Assembly: GCA_002633005.1 (NCBI GenBank)
Contig: NMRA01000273.1
Span: 5,968-69,967 of the forward strand
Reading direction: 5' to 3'
Length of the DNA: 64,000 bases
From: Phoronis australis
Lineage: Eukaryota > Animalia > Phoronida
Position 1 is the first letter of the stretch, and every line of letters starts with the position of its first letter. The notes under the pieces were generated by a model. The model was not told where the DNA came from. It was given only the letters and a program-made list of their open reading frames with translations, and did not search any database. Position numbers and translations under genes: made by a program. Of this stretch, positions 11,806-23,900 are shown in pieces.

Positions 11806-12488
11806 GTAAGGGAGGAGCGTCTTATTGGTTCAATGGTTTCGAGAATTTCTAGAACTGTTTGTGGGATAGCTTATTGTTATCTATAGTCTATGAGCGTTTT
11901 TAATCATTTGTGGAAAGAGATTTTAGATTAGGTTTACAATTCGTGTAGAGCGACCACAAACCGTCTTTAATTCGCCCTGAAAGCACGGTGTTGTTCAAAA
12001 TATAAAAACTCGCCCAGATTATTTCATGAAGAAAGCGAAACAAACCGCAGTAAATGATTGACTACTGAACTACCGATTTTTATCTAGAATAGTTACACAA
12101 CTGCGGTGTGCAAGTTCATGGAATTTGTATCTTCTGAGCGATGACTGCACTTAACGAAATGTTCTTAAAGCGGTTACAAAACAAGACCGGGGTTACGTCC
12201 AAGAAACATAATTTAGATCACTTACCGCTATATAATAGGTCTCAACTTGCCAATTTTTTAGATGAAAATGATTTCTGGATTTGCGAATAACTATCAATTC
12301 GTTTTTTCCCGAGACCATGCTCGGGGTATAGAATAACAAGCCGTGGCAAGTCTTGCAGAGCTTGTACTGGTCTCGAGCGAATAACAAATTGTCATTTTTT
12401 TCAAAGGCTAGCTGAAATCGCCTCCAATTTAACTAGGAACAGTGGGAGACCAAATTGATAACGATGACTGATCTAAATCAAGATATGN

Positions 12489-15353
12489 ACACGCTCACAT
12501 GTCGTACATGAATTATGTTGTGCAGGCTGTGGTGCCTGTTATGATGGAGAAACGTGTGGACAATATTGAATACACGTATAACTGAGCACGTGTCAGAGGT
12601 TCTGTATGATAACCCAAAATGCATGTCAGAGTAATCGGTGTCCAATTTTAGTATCTTGGACAGTACGAGGACACTCTATAGGAGGCCTTGTACATTCAGT
12701 TGATGAAACCATTCCTGAATGTGCAAGTGCACCACCTTGGCCTCACAATGTTTTGACGTATGTTCTAGAGCAGAGCCTTCTTTACCGTTGTGTTATTGAC
12801 CTACTATGTCTCACACCTGCATGACCTTTTACTAATTACCTTGACCTTTACGTCATGCTGGTTCTTGTACCTTTGAATATGAGGAGTGCACCTCAAAACA
12901 TGTCATGAAAATGAAGTTGTGTACACTATGGCTATTCATTAAATGCATCTGAGTAGTCGAATATTTGCAAAAATACTCGGTCGAAGTACATGTAGACCAA
13001 TAAGCTGTCAAAAGACCAAACTTTGGACTTCATGTCTGTACTAAACTAGACCAATATTATCAAATCAACTTGGTTTTACATTCACACATTAGAAATGGCC
13101 AAAATCAACCCATTGGAAATTCGTAAAAATTCTCAACTTTCGAAAAGCCAATACTTAAATAGTAAAGTATCTATTCTAAATATCAAAAATGTTTCTGGGT
13201 CTTAGGTCAGACACATTCATAGAAAAAATCACAGTTAGTTCCTAACTTTTAAAATGGAATTCGCAGTTATTTTTGTAATGTTCTAGTCTATCTTTATGAT
13301 AGCAAGTAACAGATATGTTAATAAAAACAACAATGGATTTAAATCGGTTTGACATGCTAAGCCGATTTAAATCCATTGTTGTTTTATCCACATACTTTAT
13401 CTTTGTGCGAACTCAAGATAAGTGGCTATTATTCTGTGTTCCAGTACACAATGGCGTATCTGAGTAACTGCCTTGTGCTACATAATGACCCCATCATTAA
13501 GGCTAAAGTTCGAGTTTAAACTCGAAATTTCGCCTTTTACTCGAGTTTGTTCTTCGACTATAGGGGTCACCAACTGCAAACTTGAACCAGAAAACGCATA
13601 TGCATAAACCACAATATGCTCGTCCACAGACTAAAAGTCGTTTATCTGGAGTTTGCACAAAAGAAGAACAGAAATGCCGAATATGATGAAGTTAACGGTT
13701 GGACCCTGCTCCATGGAAAAAGGTTTTTGTGGGTCATAAATACCGCCAGACCAGTAATATCTGTTTACGCTAGAGCCTATCCATGGCGTTTTCTCATGAT
13801 CTGATAACTGAAAGATCCCATTGATAGGGATTTAAACCTTTTACATACGTATCATAATGATGCATTTGCATACTCCTAACTATGCTCATGAATAACAGGA
13901 ACTAAACGACAATGCTATTTGAACATCATCTTCGCTAAACAAAGTGCAGTTCTATTCACTGACAACTTATAAATGTGAAAACAAAAATTTTGCAAATAGG
14001 TGTCCTTAGGTTATGGACAACAGATTCGCAACTCCTGCATTTTCTTGCAAAATATCCTAGAAGAGGCGCCACCCTCTAAATATAGCAAACTCATCTTCCG
14101 ATTAAGTGTATTGTGACGGGAAATTCTTCCATATATTTTACTGTCTAGTACAACGAAAAAAGAAATAATATCGTCATTGAAACGCTGTTCATGGTCTTCC
14201 CACAGTAGAGTCAAGAAATTTTGACCGGCACCGGCGTGCATTTGCGCGCTCGAATGCACGCTGGTGCCCCTCAAAATTAAAAAGTGAAACCTCCCGTGGA
14301 GTATGTAAACTGCTGTTAAAATGCAAGATTGGTTTTTAGTAAGTGTGGTGGTTATTTCTGGAGTATTGATATGAGCTGTATTTAGAAGTTAATATTTTAC
14401 GAGCGTTCAATTACTTTAAACGCGGATGAGAATTGGGCAAAATCGCCGATCCAAATCCCGACGAAATGACCATGACTAGCAGACGACGTACTTGCCGGAA
14501 GTAAAAGTGTGCCATATCTGCCCGCCTCCCGTTCAGTAACGCTAGGACCTCGCTAAAAAGCAAGACCTCGCGAGATTACGTGAGATATTGCCGGGCATTT
14601 CAAATGAGAACACGTGACTTTGACTAGGTTTTAGCTAGGTCCTAGCGTAGGTCCTAGCGTAGGTCCTAGCGTCTACTGAACGCACGCCCGGTGTCGCTAG
14701 TCAGTGAATAATGACGTCACGGCTTATGCGTATGATCACAGATTTCCGAGTCATCCATTTAATATTAACAGAGTTGGCCGTCCGTGTACTATAGTCGATC
14801 TATGGCAGGGGCGGATCCAGGATTTTGAGTTAGGGGGGGCATGACAGAGTATTAGAATTTTATGGGGGAATGGCCCCCTTGGCCCCCCTCTAAATCCGCC
14901 ACTGTATGGTGGCTCACATAGCCTGCAACTCGCAGTGTTATTCACCAACACCACGTCATGATACCTTACTGGACATGGTTGAGTAATTTACGGTGGATCA
15001 TTTTCGACACAGAACATTGATTACATTGTTTACAAAAGAGCTCAGTTGCAATCACTGCCAATCGTAATTCCTGAAGCTAACTAAAGACTGATCATTCTCA
15101 GTTAGGGACATATGGGGGCACGGATCCGGGCTGCGGCAACCAACGACGGTTTTAAATTTAAGAAGACTGAATGAGACTTTCGTGAAGACTGACAGGGACA
15201 AAATAGTCTACTAACTACTTTTTGTTTCGTCCCGGCCGTGCGACGAGTAGTTCCGGTGGGTGAGGTTGATGCGCTCTGAAGTGGCCCTAAACATTTCAGT
15301 TGCGCTGTGAAATCATACGATCTCGACATGGATTGGATGAATTTATCGTGGTT
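12489..15353 (+). repeat. Segmental duplication block A3 (copy of 9281-11583 and of 44797-47520)
   Basis: Near-identical to both. It begins immediately after a single N. Confidence 0.95.
14806..14904. mobile_element. MITE family 1 (CAGKGGCGGAT ends), 5-bp TSD TATGG
   Basis: tatgg|caggggcggatcc...aaatccgccactg|tatgg. Confidence 0.85.
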
Positions 15354-15815
15354 GCGTCAGACTTCCAGCGTCCCGTGCGTTGGATGGCCGCTTGGAGAAA
15401 AATGTTGAATTGATGATGGTATTAAAAATCTGGTTGCAAAATGCCCATGTGGTTCCAGTATCCTAAAACACTTACTTCATAAATTCTTATTTTCGACACC
15501 CTTTCTTTATATTCTTTTCGCCATTTCTTGCCAAAAGCATTTTTTAAATAGTATTTGACCCTTCTCTGTGAGAGTACAATTACCGGCTTTCATCGTTTTT
15601 TCCGTACCCACATTTCCGGCTCATCAGTTCAGGAACTTGTCCTGAACGCCGCCATTTTTTCCTTGTAACTGGATGTGCTATCGCTTGCTCGAAAGTATTC
15701 ATTATTTTGTTTTATTAGTAATATCTCGTGATTAGTTTGCATATGTAGTGTATTTATAGTTTGTAGTTAGTGGTCGTTGAATTTTTTGGAATGTTACGCG
15801 TACTTATTATGTTAA

Positions 15816-16780
15816 ACAGTACACACCATGGATTTTTGCAACATTTCGAATTACTCATGGCGACAGACTAAATGTATGACGTAAAATTTAGCCAAATCCA
15901 TGATTATTTTGTGTCATTAGCTCGAAATTTTGATTTCTCTTTCAATTTTGCCAATTTTCACATTTCCCGCCATGTGACCTCATGAGTTGAACACAAGAGA
16001 TCAGCGACTAGCATTGAACAACGGCGGAGAGTAGGGAATTTGAAAGCGACAACGATTATGAGCAAGAAATGAACAAATATTATGAAGAAACGTACGAGAA
16101 TGGTGGCCAGGATGACGAAATAGGGTTGCACGAAAGCGAGAACGAGTTTGATATGTTTTCAGCTGCGTACTTTTCTACTTTGAGGCCTTACGAACTGGAT
16201 CCTCCCGCGAGAGAAGCGGCCTCGGGCTCGGCCAGTCAACCCAGTCATCCAACAGACGATCCTGAATAAAGAGCCGATGTTTCTGAATAGTAAATATTGT
16301 CCTTTATTGAACAAGGCCTTCATCGTAACATCTCCTTTGATTGGAGTCGAAACACGACTCCTCAAAGTGGGCAGAACACAGAGTGGTTCCGGACAGAATG
16401 GCTTGGTCCACGCTGAGTTCCCACACTCTCGTTCGGCGCACGAAGCGTTGCCACTACTTCGCAACTTTGGCGTCCTTCGGAACACCGAGACGTTCTCCGT
16501 CTGACTGCTGTTGCTGCAGCCTCCGCGAACACATCTTTTCATCCCTCTACGAACCTTCTCGACGCTATATATAATTTACTTTCACTTCACTCTATACACT
16601 TAGTTGCTGATCCAAACAGTGTGCCGAACGACTTGGGTTCAACCCATGACGTTGTACATAATTATTATTTTTTTCAATTTTTACGTGTTTCTTTAAGAAT
16701 TGTGCACTAAAGGCACTGAAATCAAGTAAGATATAATAATAAAATTTATTTTGAGGTACTAGAGTCATGTTGCGTACTCT
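15816..16780. mobile_element. Internally deleted Kolobok-type DNA transposon (TTAA TSD) with THAP fragment and convergent second-gene fragment
   Basis: TTAA|ACAGTACACACCATG ... CATGTTGCGTACTCT|TTAA (12/15 TIR match). Minus-strand frameshifted THAP from 16542: MKRCVRGGCSN..SVF..WQRFVRRTR..LCSAHFEESCF. Plus-strand acidic ORF with LRPYELDPPA at 16069-16269. Confidence 0.75.
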
Positions 16781-17804
16781 TTAAAATAGCATTGGTGTTT
16801 AGTTCCTTACGTAGGCCGGTCGTACCTAGGAACCAATATGGGTCGAAGCAATTTTTTTTTCGTTTTGATTTTTTTTCTCGTTTTGAAAAAGTACTTTGCT
16901 ATCATCGGAAAGTTAGTGCATTCTACTCAGAAAAATCGAAAAAGTATCAAATTCGGGGCAAGCAGTGTAAAGATATTGCAATTTTTGTGGCGAAATTTGG
17001 GTCACTTTGTTTGGATCGCATCGGCCATATTAGAGGACAGCGCCGGGGATAAGTTACGAGTTTAAAACTTTGTGTAAATTGTTTTTGCCAACAAATTACG
17101 GTGAAATTTAGTTAGACATATCTTTATTTACTATTCTGCACGATTCAACAGTGTTCACCAAATTTCAGCTTCGCAGTTGTTACTCATTAAGTGATAAATG
17201 TGCTCACAATTCCCGTTGGACTTCGTCTCATTTCTGGCGACACCGACAACATGGCGACTTTTGCTGAACTGAAAGGCATGTTAAATCGGCTACTTTGTAA
17301 TTTGTGAAGATTTAACGTTGATACATTTTGACAAACGTTGCTACAAAAAAAAAATTTTCGTGTATTTTGTGCAAATATATAAGATATATTCGAATTATTT
17401 TACTGCGAATTTCCCATTCAGGTGATCTTACACTGAAGCTAAAAAAATAGTTGAAATAATTTTGAAATGTTTTTTGTTTGACTGTCAACTGCTGTTCAAG
17501 ACTTGATTCGGTGTCACAAAATGATTCATATTTTTCTAAATTTTAAGTCTCAATTGCTTTCAAGTCATGTTTTGTAACTTATTGCTTCTTAATTCAGGTT
17601 ATCATGTCAACAATATGAATAATCTTAATGTGGGAAATAAGCTATGTTGGATTGTGAAGCTTCAAGCCTCCAATTCTTGTTCCTTGCAACTTCATATTTT
17701 TTTAATCATGCTTGTCAAATTCTGGTGCAAGGAAACACTATTCGGTCACCATGATAATAGTTACATTTAAGTCCACTTTCATAACATGGAAACTTTTGCT
17801 GTTG

Positions 17805-18021
17805 CATGCGCGCACCCATTTGGCAAAGTGGGCAAAAAGGTCCGCCCCCGAGAGACAAAAAGCCCGAGAAAATTGGACAAAAGTCCACTAAAGAAGCGCA
17901 AACGTGCAATTTACAGTGGAGCACCCGTTTTTTTTAGTCCCCCCACTCTTTTTTTAGCAAAAGCCCCACATCGCCGGGAATTCGAGCCCCCCCCCCATAT
18001 TGAAGGCTGGGTGCGTGCATG
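17805..18021. mobile_element. MITE family 2 (CATGCGCGCACCCA ends), 5-bp TSD TGTTG
   Basis: tgttg|catgcgcgcaccca...tgggtgcgtgcatg|tgttg. Confidence 0.85.
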
Positions 18022-19078
18022 TGTTGAATAGTGTTTGTAATGCTAAATGTTGTAAAGTATTGTACATTTTAAGTTACTTATTATGTTAAAAGTTTGAATC
18101 ATTTTATGTTAATGAATAAAAATGATAACATTTTGCATTGGACTTGTCATACTTATGGGCTCGAACGAGCCCCCTATTTGGAGAAATGGAAAAAGGTCTG
18201 CCTCAGTCAGAGAAGCACGAATTCCGAAAAAAGTAGAAAATAAGACAATATTCCACTATAGAAGACAGGAAGTATCAAAATTTAGCGTCTGCAATTCATA
18301 GCTCTGAACATACCCAGTGAATCCTATAGTAAAAGATAGACATTCCCAAAAATTCCAGCCCCCCATTCAAAGTCTGGGACAATCTCTATTGAAAGCCAGC
18401 AACTTTGCAGAGTTCGCCAGAAGTACCCAAGTTCTAAATAAACCTCGTTTAAGCGAGCGCTGTGGTCAGCGACCAGTTAGTCCTAAGGGTAGCCTTGGCG
18501 CAAAGCTGTATAGGCCTACATGTACTAACAAGCTGTATTTTGACGATAGTCTTCACTGGTAGCTGGTACTGAGGCTAGCTAAGATCTGCCGCGGCAGTCA
18601 GTGTGACACAGGACTAACCAGCCCGTAATTTCATGCAAGTGTCTGAAACTATCTTTGAATATATGCGGCATTTATGATTTGAGCATTTTACTTCGACAAA
18701 ACAGCTCGCAACCGCATGCATTTACCCTTCGCCAGTGTCTGGTCTCGATCGGCACCGGGTCCGATACGCTGCGGTCCCGAGTCTAGCAAAATAATTTCTG
18801 TCAAAATTTATTCGCAATATTTTTTCAGCAAATTCGATAAAATTGTCCGTATTTCGATTTTATTAAAATTAAGGCGCGCTGTTGATTATTTTATACCCGT
18901 TTGCAGGCTGGTAACAGGCACTCACACTGACGGCGTTTTCTTAGCCTGGGTTCCTGAATGAATTGTACTTCCGGGTTCGCGGCAAGTTCAAAATGGCGGT
19001 GGTTCTTCGGGTGCGCGAATCGTGAGTGGCGCGTTCATTTAAACTTTTTTCGAGTACGAATTGTGTATTAGCTATGGG

Positions 19079-20103
19079 CAGTGGCGGATCTAGGATGTCA
19101 CAAGGGGGGGGCCAACATTTTGTCCAGCTGGAAGCATTTGCGCAAACTGAACTACGATTGTAGATGCGCATAACACCGAATGGGGGGAGGTCGGGAGGGG
19201 GGTTTGCCCCCCTCCCGCCCAGGAAATTTTTCTGTTTTTACCTCTAAAAATCAAGCATTTTCCTTGATTCCTGAAGTATTATCCAAGAAAAAAAGGAAAA
19301 AAAAAACACGGAGAACGTGTCAAACAGGAAAAAAATGCAAGTGTCAAAGACTCGAACTCACGACCTAGAGGGTTGAGCACGCGTACGTTACCACTCCACC
19401 ACCACGATTTAACTACAACTGATATACTAAAAGACTTACTTGTTTATGGGCCACAGCGTTTGCGCGCGTAACCTACTTCTTTTTGTAATGCTTATTACAC
19501 GTTTTATATTTTGTGCCATCAATTCTTAACAAATTTGTCGTATTTGAAATAGTCTTCAAATGCCCAAAAGACCAAATCCATTTTTCGTGTTGGCAATAAT
19601 GACGGGATTGCTTTGGAAACCGTCTTAAGATAAGGTTTGACAAAGAGAGTATTGCGAGTTTCTGAGTGATTCACTAAGGCTTCGATTAAAATTCACATCT
19701 TACCAGCAGCTTCTGTTTTTTCATCGCCACTCAGGTTCCATTTTCTTTAAAAAATGAAGTAAATTTTCTTCATTGCACAGTGGAGCAGACGACGGAAACG
19801 GAGTCGTAGTGCACAGCGCCGCTGCCGGTCGCCTAGGATATGGCGGGAGATTCTATACTTAGCCATAGTTCCGTTACGAACGCGCCGTGTTCCGAATTTG
19901 ACACTTGAAATTGGATTTGAGCCCCCCCCCCCAACACTAAAACTGCACACATTTAAATCTTTTTTCATCCGTATAATTTTAATTACCGGGGTTAATTAAT
20001 AAACCCACCATTTCCCTACGCTCTTACTGTTTTATTTTTTTGCGGCAGCCAAGGGGGGGGGGGGGCCCGGGCCCCCTGGGCCCCCCCCCTAAATCCGCCT
20101 ATG
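19079..20103. mobile_element. MITE family 1, long copy with nested material, TSD ATGGG
   Basis: atggg|cagtggcggatctagg...cctaaatccgcctatg|atggg. Confidence 0.85.
19341..19406 (-). repeat. tRNA-derived (SINE-head-like) sequence with Pol III A/B boxes
   Basis: The minus strand reads cgtggtggtggagtggtaacg...gtcgtgagttcgagtc (A-box TGGnnnAGTGG, B-box GTTCGA). It does not form an intact cloverleaf. Confidence 0.5.
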
Positions 20104-20999
20104 ATGGGGTAGGTACTTCTTGGATCCTTATAACTTCCTCCAAGAATGTAATAAGGGTTAACAACGCGTGCGACCAGGTCTTTAAGCTTCACCCAGCTTT
20201 GGTAAAATTTAGCTTGCTTAAAATGTATTAAGTCAGGCCCGTGTTAAAATGTTTTAAGTCAGACACGTGTCAACAGTTATCTATAACTTGATCCGTTTGA
20301 AGAACACTGTGTCAAACTCTTTCATGAAAGTGACCTAAGACTCAGTTGAGGCGGAAATTTGGTGTAACGCTGCCACTTGACAAATAAGAGTTTAGTCATG
20401 TAATTATTACACATCACTGCCTGACTTTCTACAATTTTTTTCTGTAACTGACCATTGTAACTACATTCTCAGATACTCTATTTTTTGATAAAGTTAGTTG
20501 AAATTATTTTCCAGAAATAGTTATGTGGACCAATTATCTGTGGGCCGGTTGGAAATTCACCATGGTTGAATCGTTGCACGCATAATAGGCCTTTGAATTC
20601 CTACCTTGTCATGTCTGTTATCACTAATGATACGTACCTCCAACAATGTCATAAACTATGTGTGATGGCGAAAGACCAAGGTGGACCCAAGATTCATTCA
20701 CTAAGTCCAGTTCACCAGCAAGTACCTACATTCAATGGTTAAATAAGTTGAAATAGTGGGAGAAGTTGAAAAATTTCAGGGGCTTTGAGGAACTGAAATT
20801 GTTACTGTACAAATTCTGACATAGTCTATAAAGTTTGCACACTTAATTGAATTTTTGATTATGAAGATAAGGACATAAGGCATTTCGGTGTTTTTCAAGT
20901 ATTGGACATTGCGTTTTGTTCTGATCAACTGAGTCTGAAAATACATTTAGAAATTCATAAACTGTTGAAATGCACTGCCGACGCAAGCTTTCACAAATC

Positions 21000-23900
21000 G
21001 CCATAGTGAATAACCTGAACGTGAATAATCGTTTGTTGTTGATCGTAATCTTTTATCTTACGGCAACCATTATTGCCCATTTCTGAAATGCGTACAAGCT
21101 CTGACCAGGAGAATTAGTTTTTGTTGTCCGCAACTGGACATTTTACCATCGTTATCACAAAGATGGATGTGCTGCTTCATGAAATTAAATGTTTCGTATA
21201 TATAACTCGAGGGTGGGCTGATGCTCATTTTCCATCCAGTCACCTGGACTGAATAAACAAAAAGCGGATTAAGTGTGATTAGGCATTATCCTATTGATTC
21301 GAAACCTTTACATTGTGACAGACCTAATGTCAAGTTTGACAAAAAGTGATCTAATACTTGATTTTCAAGAGCACAATTTTAGTTATTTATTCTTATTTCA
21401 TACCTGCATGATTTTGACTGGCTTGACATTCAGTTTGGTCCAGGCATCTCTGTCAATATAAGCTTTAACCAAAGTTTTCACCATTCTAACTTCATGAGTA
21501 TTGCGCCGATGTACTTCTCGCTTCCACATATCTTCTACTTTTTTCCATCCAAAAGTCGGCTTACCAATACCAAGCTGAAAAGCCTTAACTCTGTTTCCCT
21601 TCCTTTCTCTGCTGGCCAATAACTGATTTATCAGATTTTTCATCTGAAAAAATGTATCACATGCTTATCATACAAGAGTATAAACAATACACAATCATGT
21701 TTGGGGACTGTGCGCAGCTCTTTTCCAGTGTTGGTAATGCAATGGCATTTGTAGCAGAAACCTAACCTAACCCTGAATAATGTGTTGTACAATATTTCAC
21801 TGTAGCACACAAAACATATAGGAGCTGAACTGTCAGGAACTACATGTCAAATATCAGGGACTGTAAGAATTTAAAATATGTACTAGAACTATGCAAATTT
21901 GGCTACAGTCAGAATCAGGGAAACAAACTGACAAGTGTGTGTGGCACGTTTTTTGCAAGCATGCTTGTGTGGCGCATTAGCAGTGTGGGTATGTAGTGTT
22001 CAGGATACCTGCATGTTGACTGGTTCACTTGCAATAGATATAAAACATGCTTACCTCGTGTGTTGGACATATCACAAAGTAGATCTTGATATCTGGGAAT
22101 ACTGGGTTGGTAAACCAAGGACAAACTTGACCATTGCCAAATTGGAGTTTGTACCATTTAGAACTATACTATTCACATGAAACAACATGTTAGAGCAGCT
22201 GTAAAACAGTATTTAGTACAAGAACTGCAGACTTAGACTCATTGTTTTGGTGTCAATTTGTTCTTTACTTAGATGATAATTAAGTGATTTCTGGCTTTAG
22301 TCATAGAATAGGAAATGCAAACATATCTGTTGCCCATAGCCAGCGAGATTGCCTTGGATCTCAAGCACATTGTTTATTAACTCCTCAGTTATCCCAGCTT
22401 GTGAAGTGGAAGCATACTAAAGGTGTTGTTTGTTGACACGGTTTACAAACCACACAGATGCCTGACTGTACTGAAATACTGTTTCCAGTCTGTTTTTGGT
22501 TTTCTGTGTTTATAAGTTTGCGCACATCTGTCTTAATCATGGAAAACATTCAAACTTTACAAATGGAATGTCTAAAACAGGTTTTCGAATTTCTCAAGGG
22601 GCTCATGACCAATGTTATGCATATTTTGAACTAAGTCAAGCTGCCATTGAGCTCCCAGAGTTGTTGTTAGCAAGTGAAAAGGGACACCCATGCTTTTTTG
22701 CTTACTTTGCTTGGGCATCCAAAGCAACGTGTCCTAGCTAGGGTGTCTTACATTTGAGTTATGGTGTCTGCGTGGTAGCTCTAGATGAAGGCCCTCCCTA
22801 AAATCTCCCTTAGTTTATCCAACAAGACAAATTGCAAGACAAATTTCAAGAAGGTAAGTGGAAACAGGTTAGTTTATGATACATAGGTCCTTCTTAACCA
22901 AAATAAATAACAGAGAACAAAATTTTTAAACAAATGAATTGTCACCGTATACCCACTATTTGTCAAAAACCTAACTTATAATATCAGAAGGAAAGCAAAA
23001 TCCCACAGATGTCTTTGAGAAGTGTTAAACATTCTCAATTGGCAGGGAACAATGCTTATGTGAACACTAAACTGGTTTGCTCACTAATTATGGCAAATTC
23101 ATTGCATCTTAATGCTGGTTTCAAAATAAAGGTGACCTCAATAAAACAATTTTTCCATACATCTAAAAGGCATGCAAAGCATCAAAGAGACATGCTGTTG
23201 TAAACTGGCTGGTCATTGGAGATGCTGAGGAATAATATGGTCCTATCACATCAAATGGTGATGATAAGTCATGCCACAGGAATTGTAGGAAGTACTGTGC
23301 TGCCTCTCTTTGCCCCTGCTTTGCATGATGGAAAAGATCTACCAGAGAAGGATATTCTTCCAAATTCATAGCTAGTCCAGAGATTTTCCCATTCATACAG
23401 TTCCAAATCACTTTACCGGTGACTTTAACCTCATCTAAGATAAGGACACCCTCACCCAATGGAACTGGCTCTCCTCTGTCTTTCATTGAAGTTTGCAGGG
23501 TCTTGTAATTCATAGTTTGATCCTTTATATAATCGTAATAAGGCCCTTCTGATTGAAGAAGTCCAGTAGTATACTGCTTTAATGAACTTTTGGAAGGAAG
23601 GTGGAAAATATCCCAGTTCCTCAGTGCATCGTATGCTCGCAGGGCTCCTAGAGTATATTGAAAGAGCTGAAATGTATTATTAAAATTTAGAGATTTATCA
23701 TTTTTGTCAAACTGCATAAGCAAAATACATAACTGCCTTAAGTTAGGTTCACCTGACAGTTCTATCCAAAAATATTTTATTACTCTTGTAGGATTGAGCT
23801 CTAATTTGTTTAAAGTAACTTGCAATTGATTTCTGAGCTTGGGAAAATTGTGAGCTTGTTATTGGTTAAGACAAAATTCAGTGGATAATTGGGTCGTCCT

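Noticed and set aside
11559-11852. Single-exon 97-aa ORF ending GKGGASYWFNGFENF (likewise 37633-37929, 39311-39634)
   Set aside because: The ORF ends read through introns. The true exon limits are given by the splice sites.
19341-19406. Functional tRNA gene
   Set aside because: The acceptor and anticodon stems do not pair properly, and it is embedded in a MITE.
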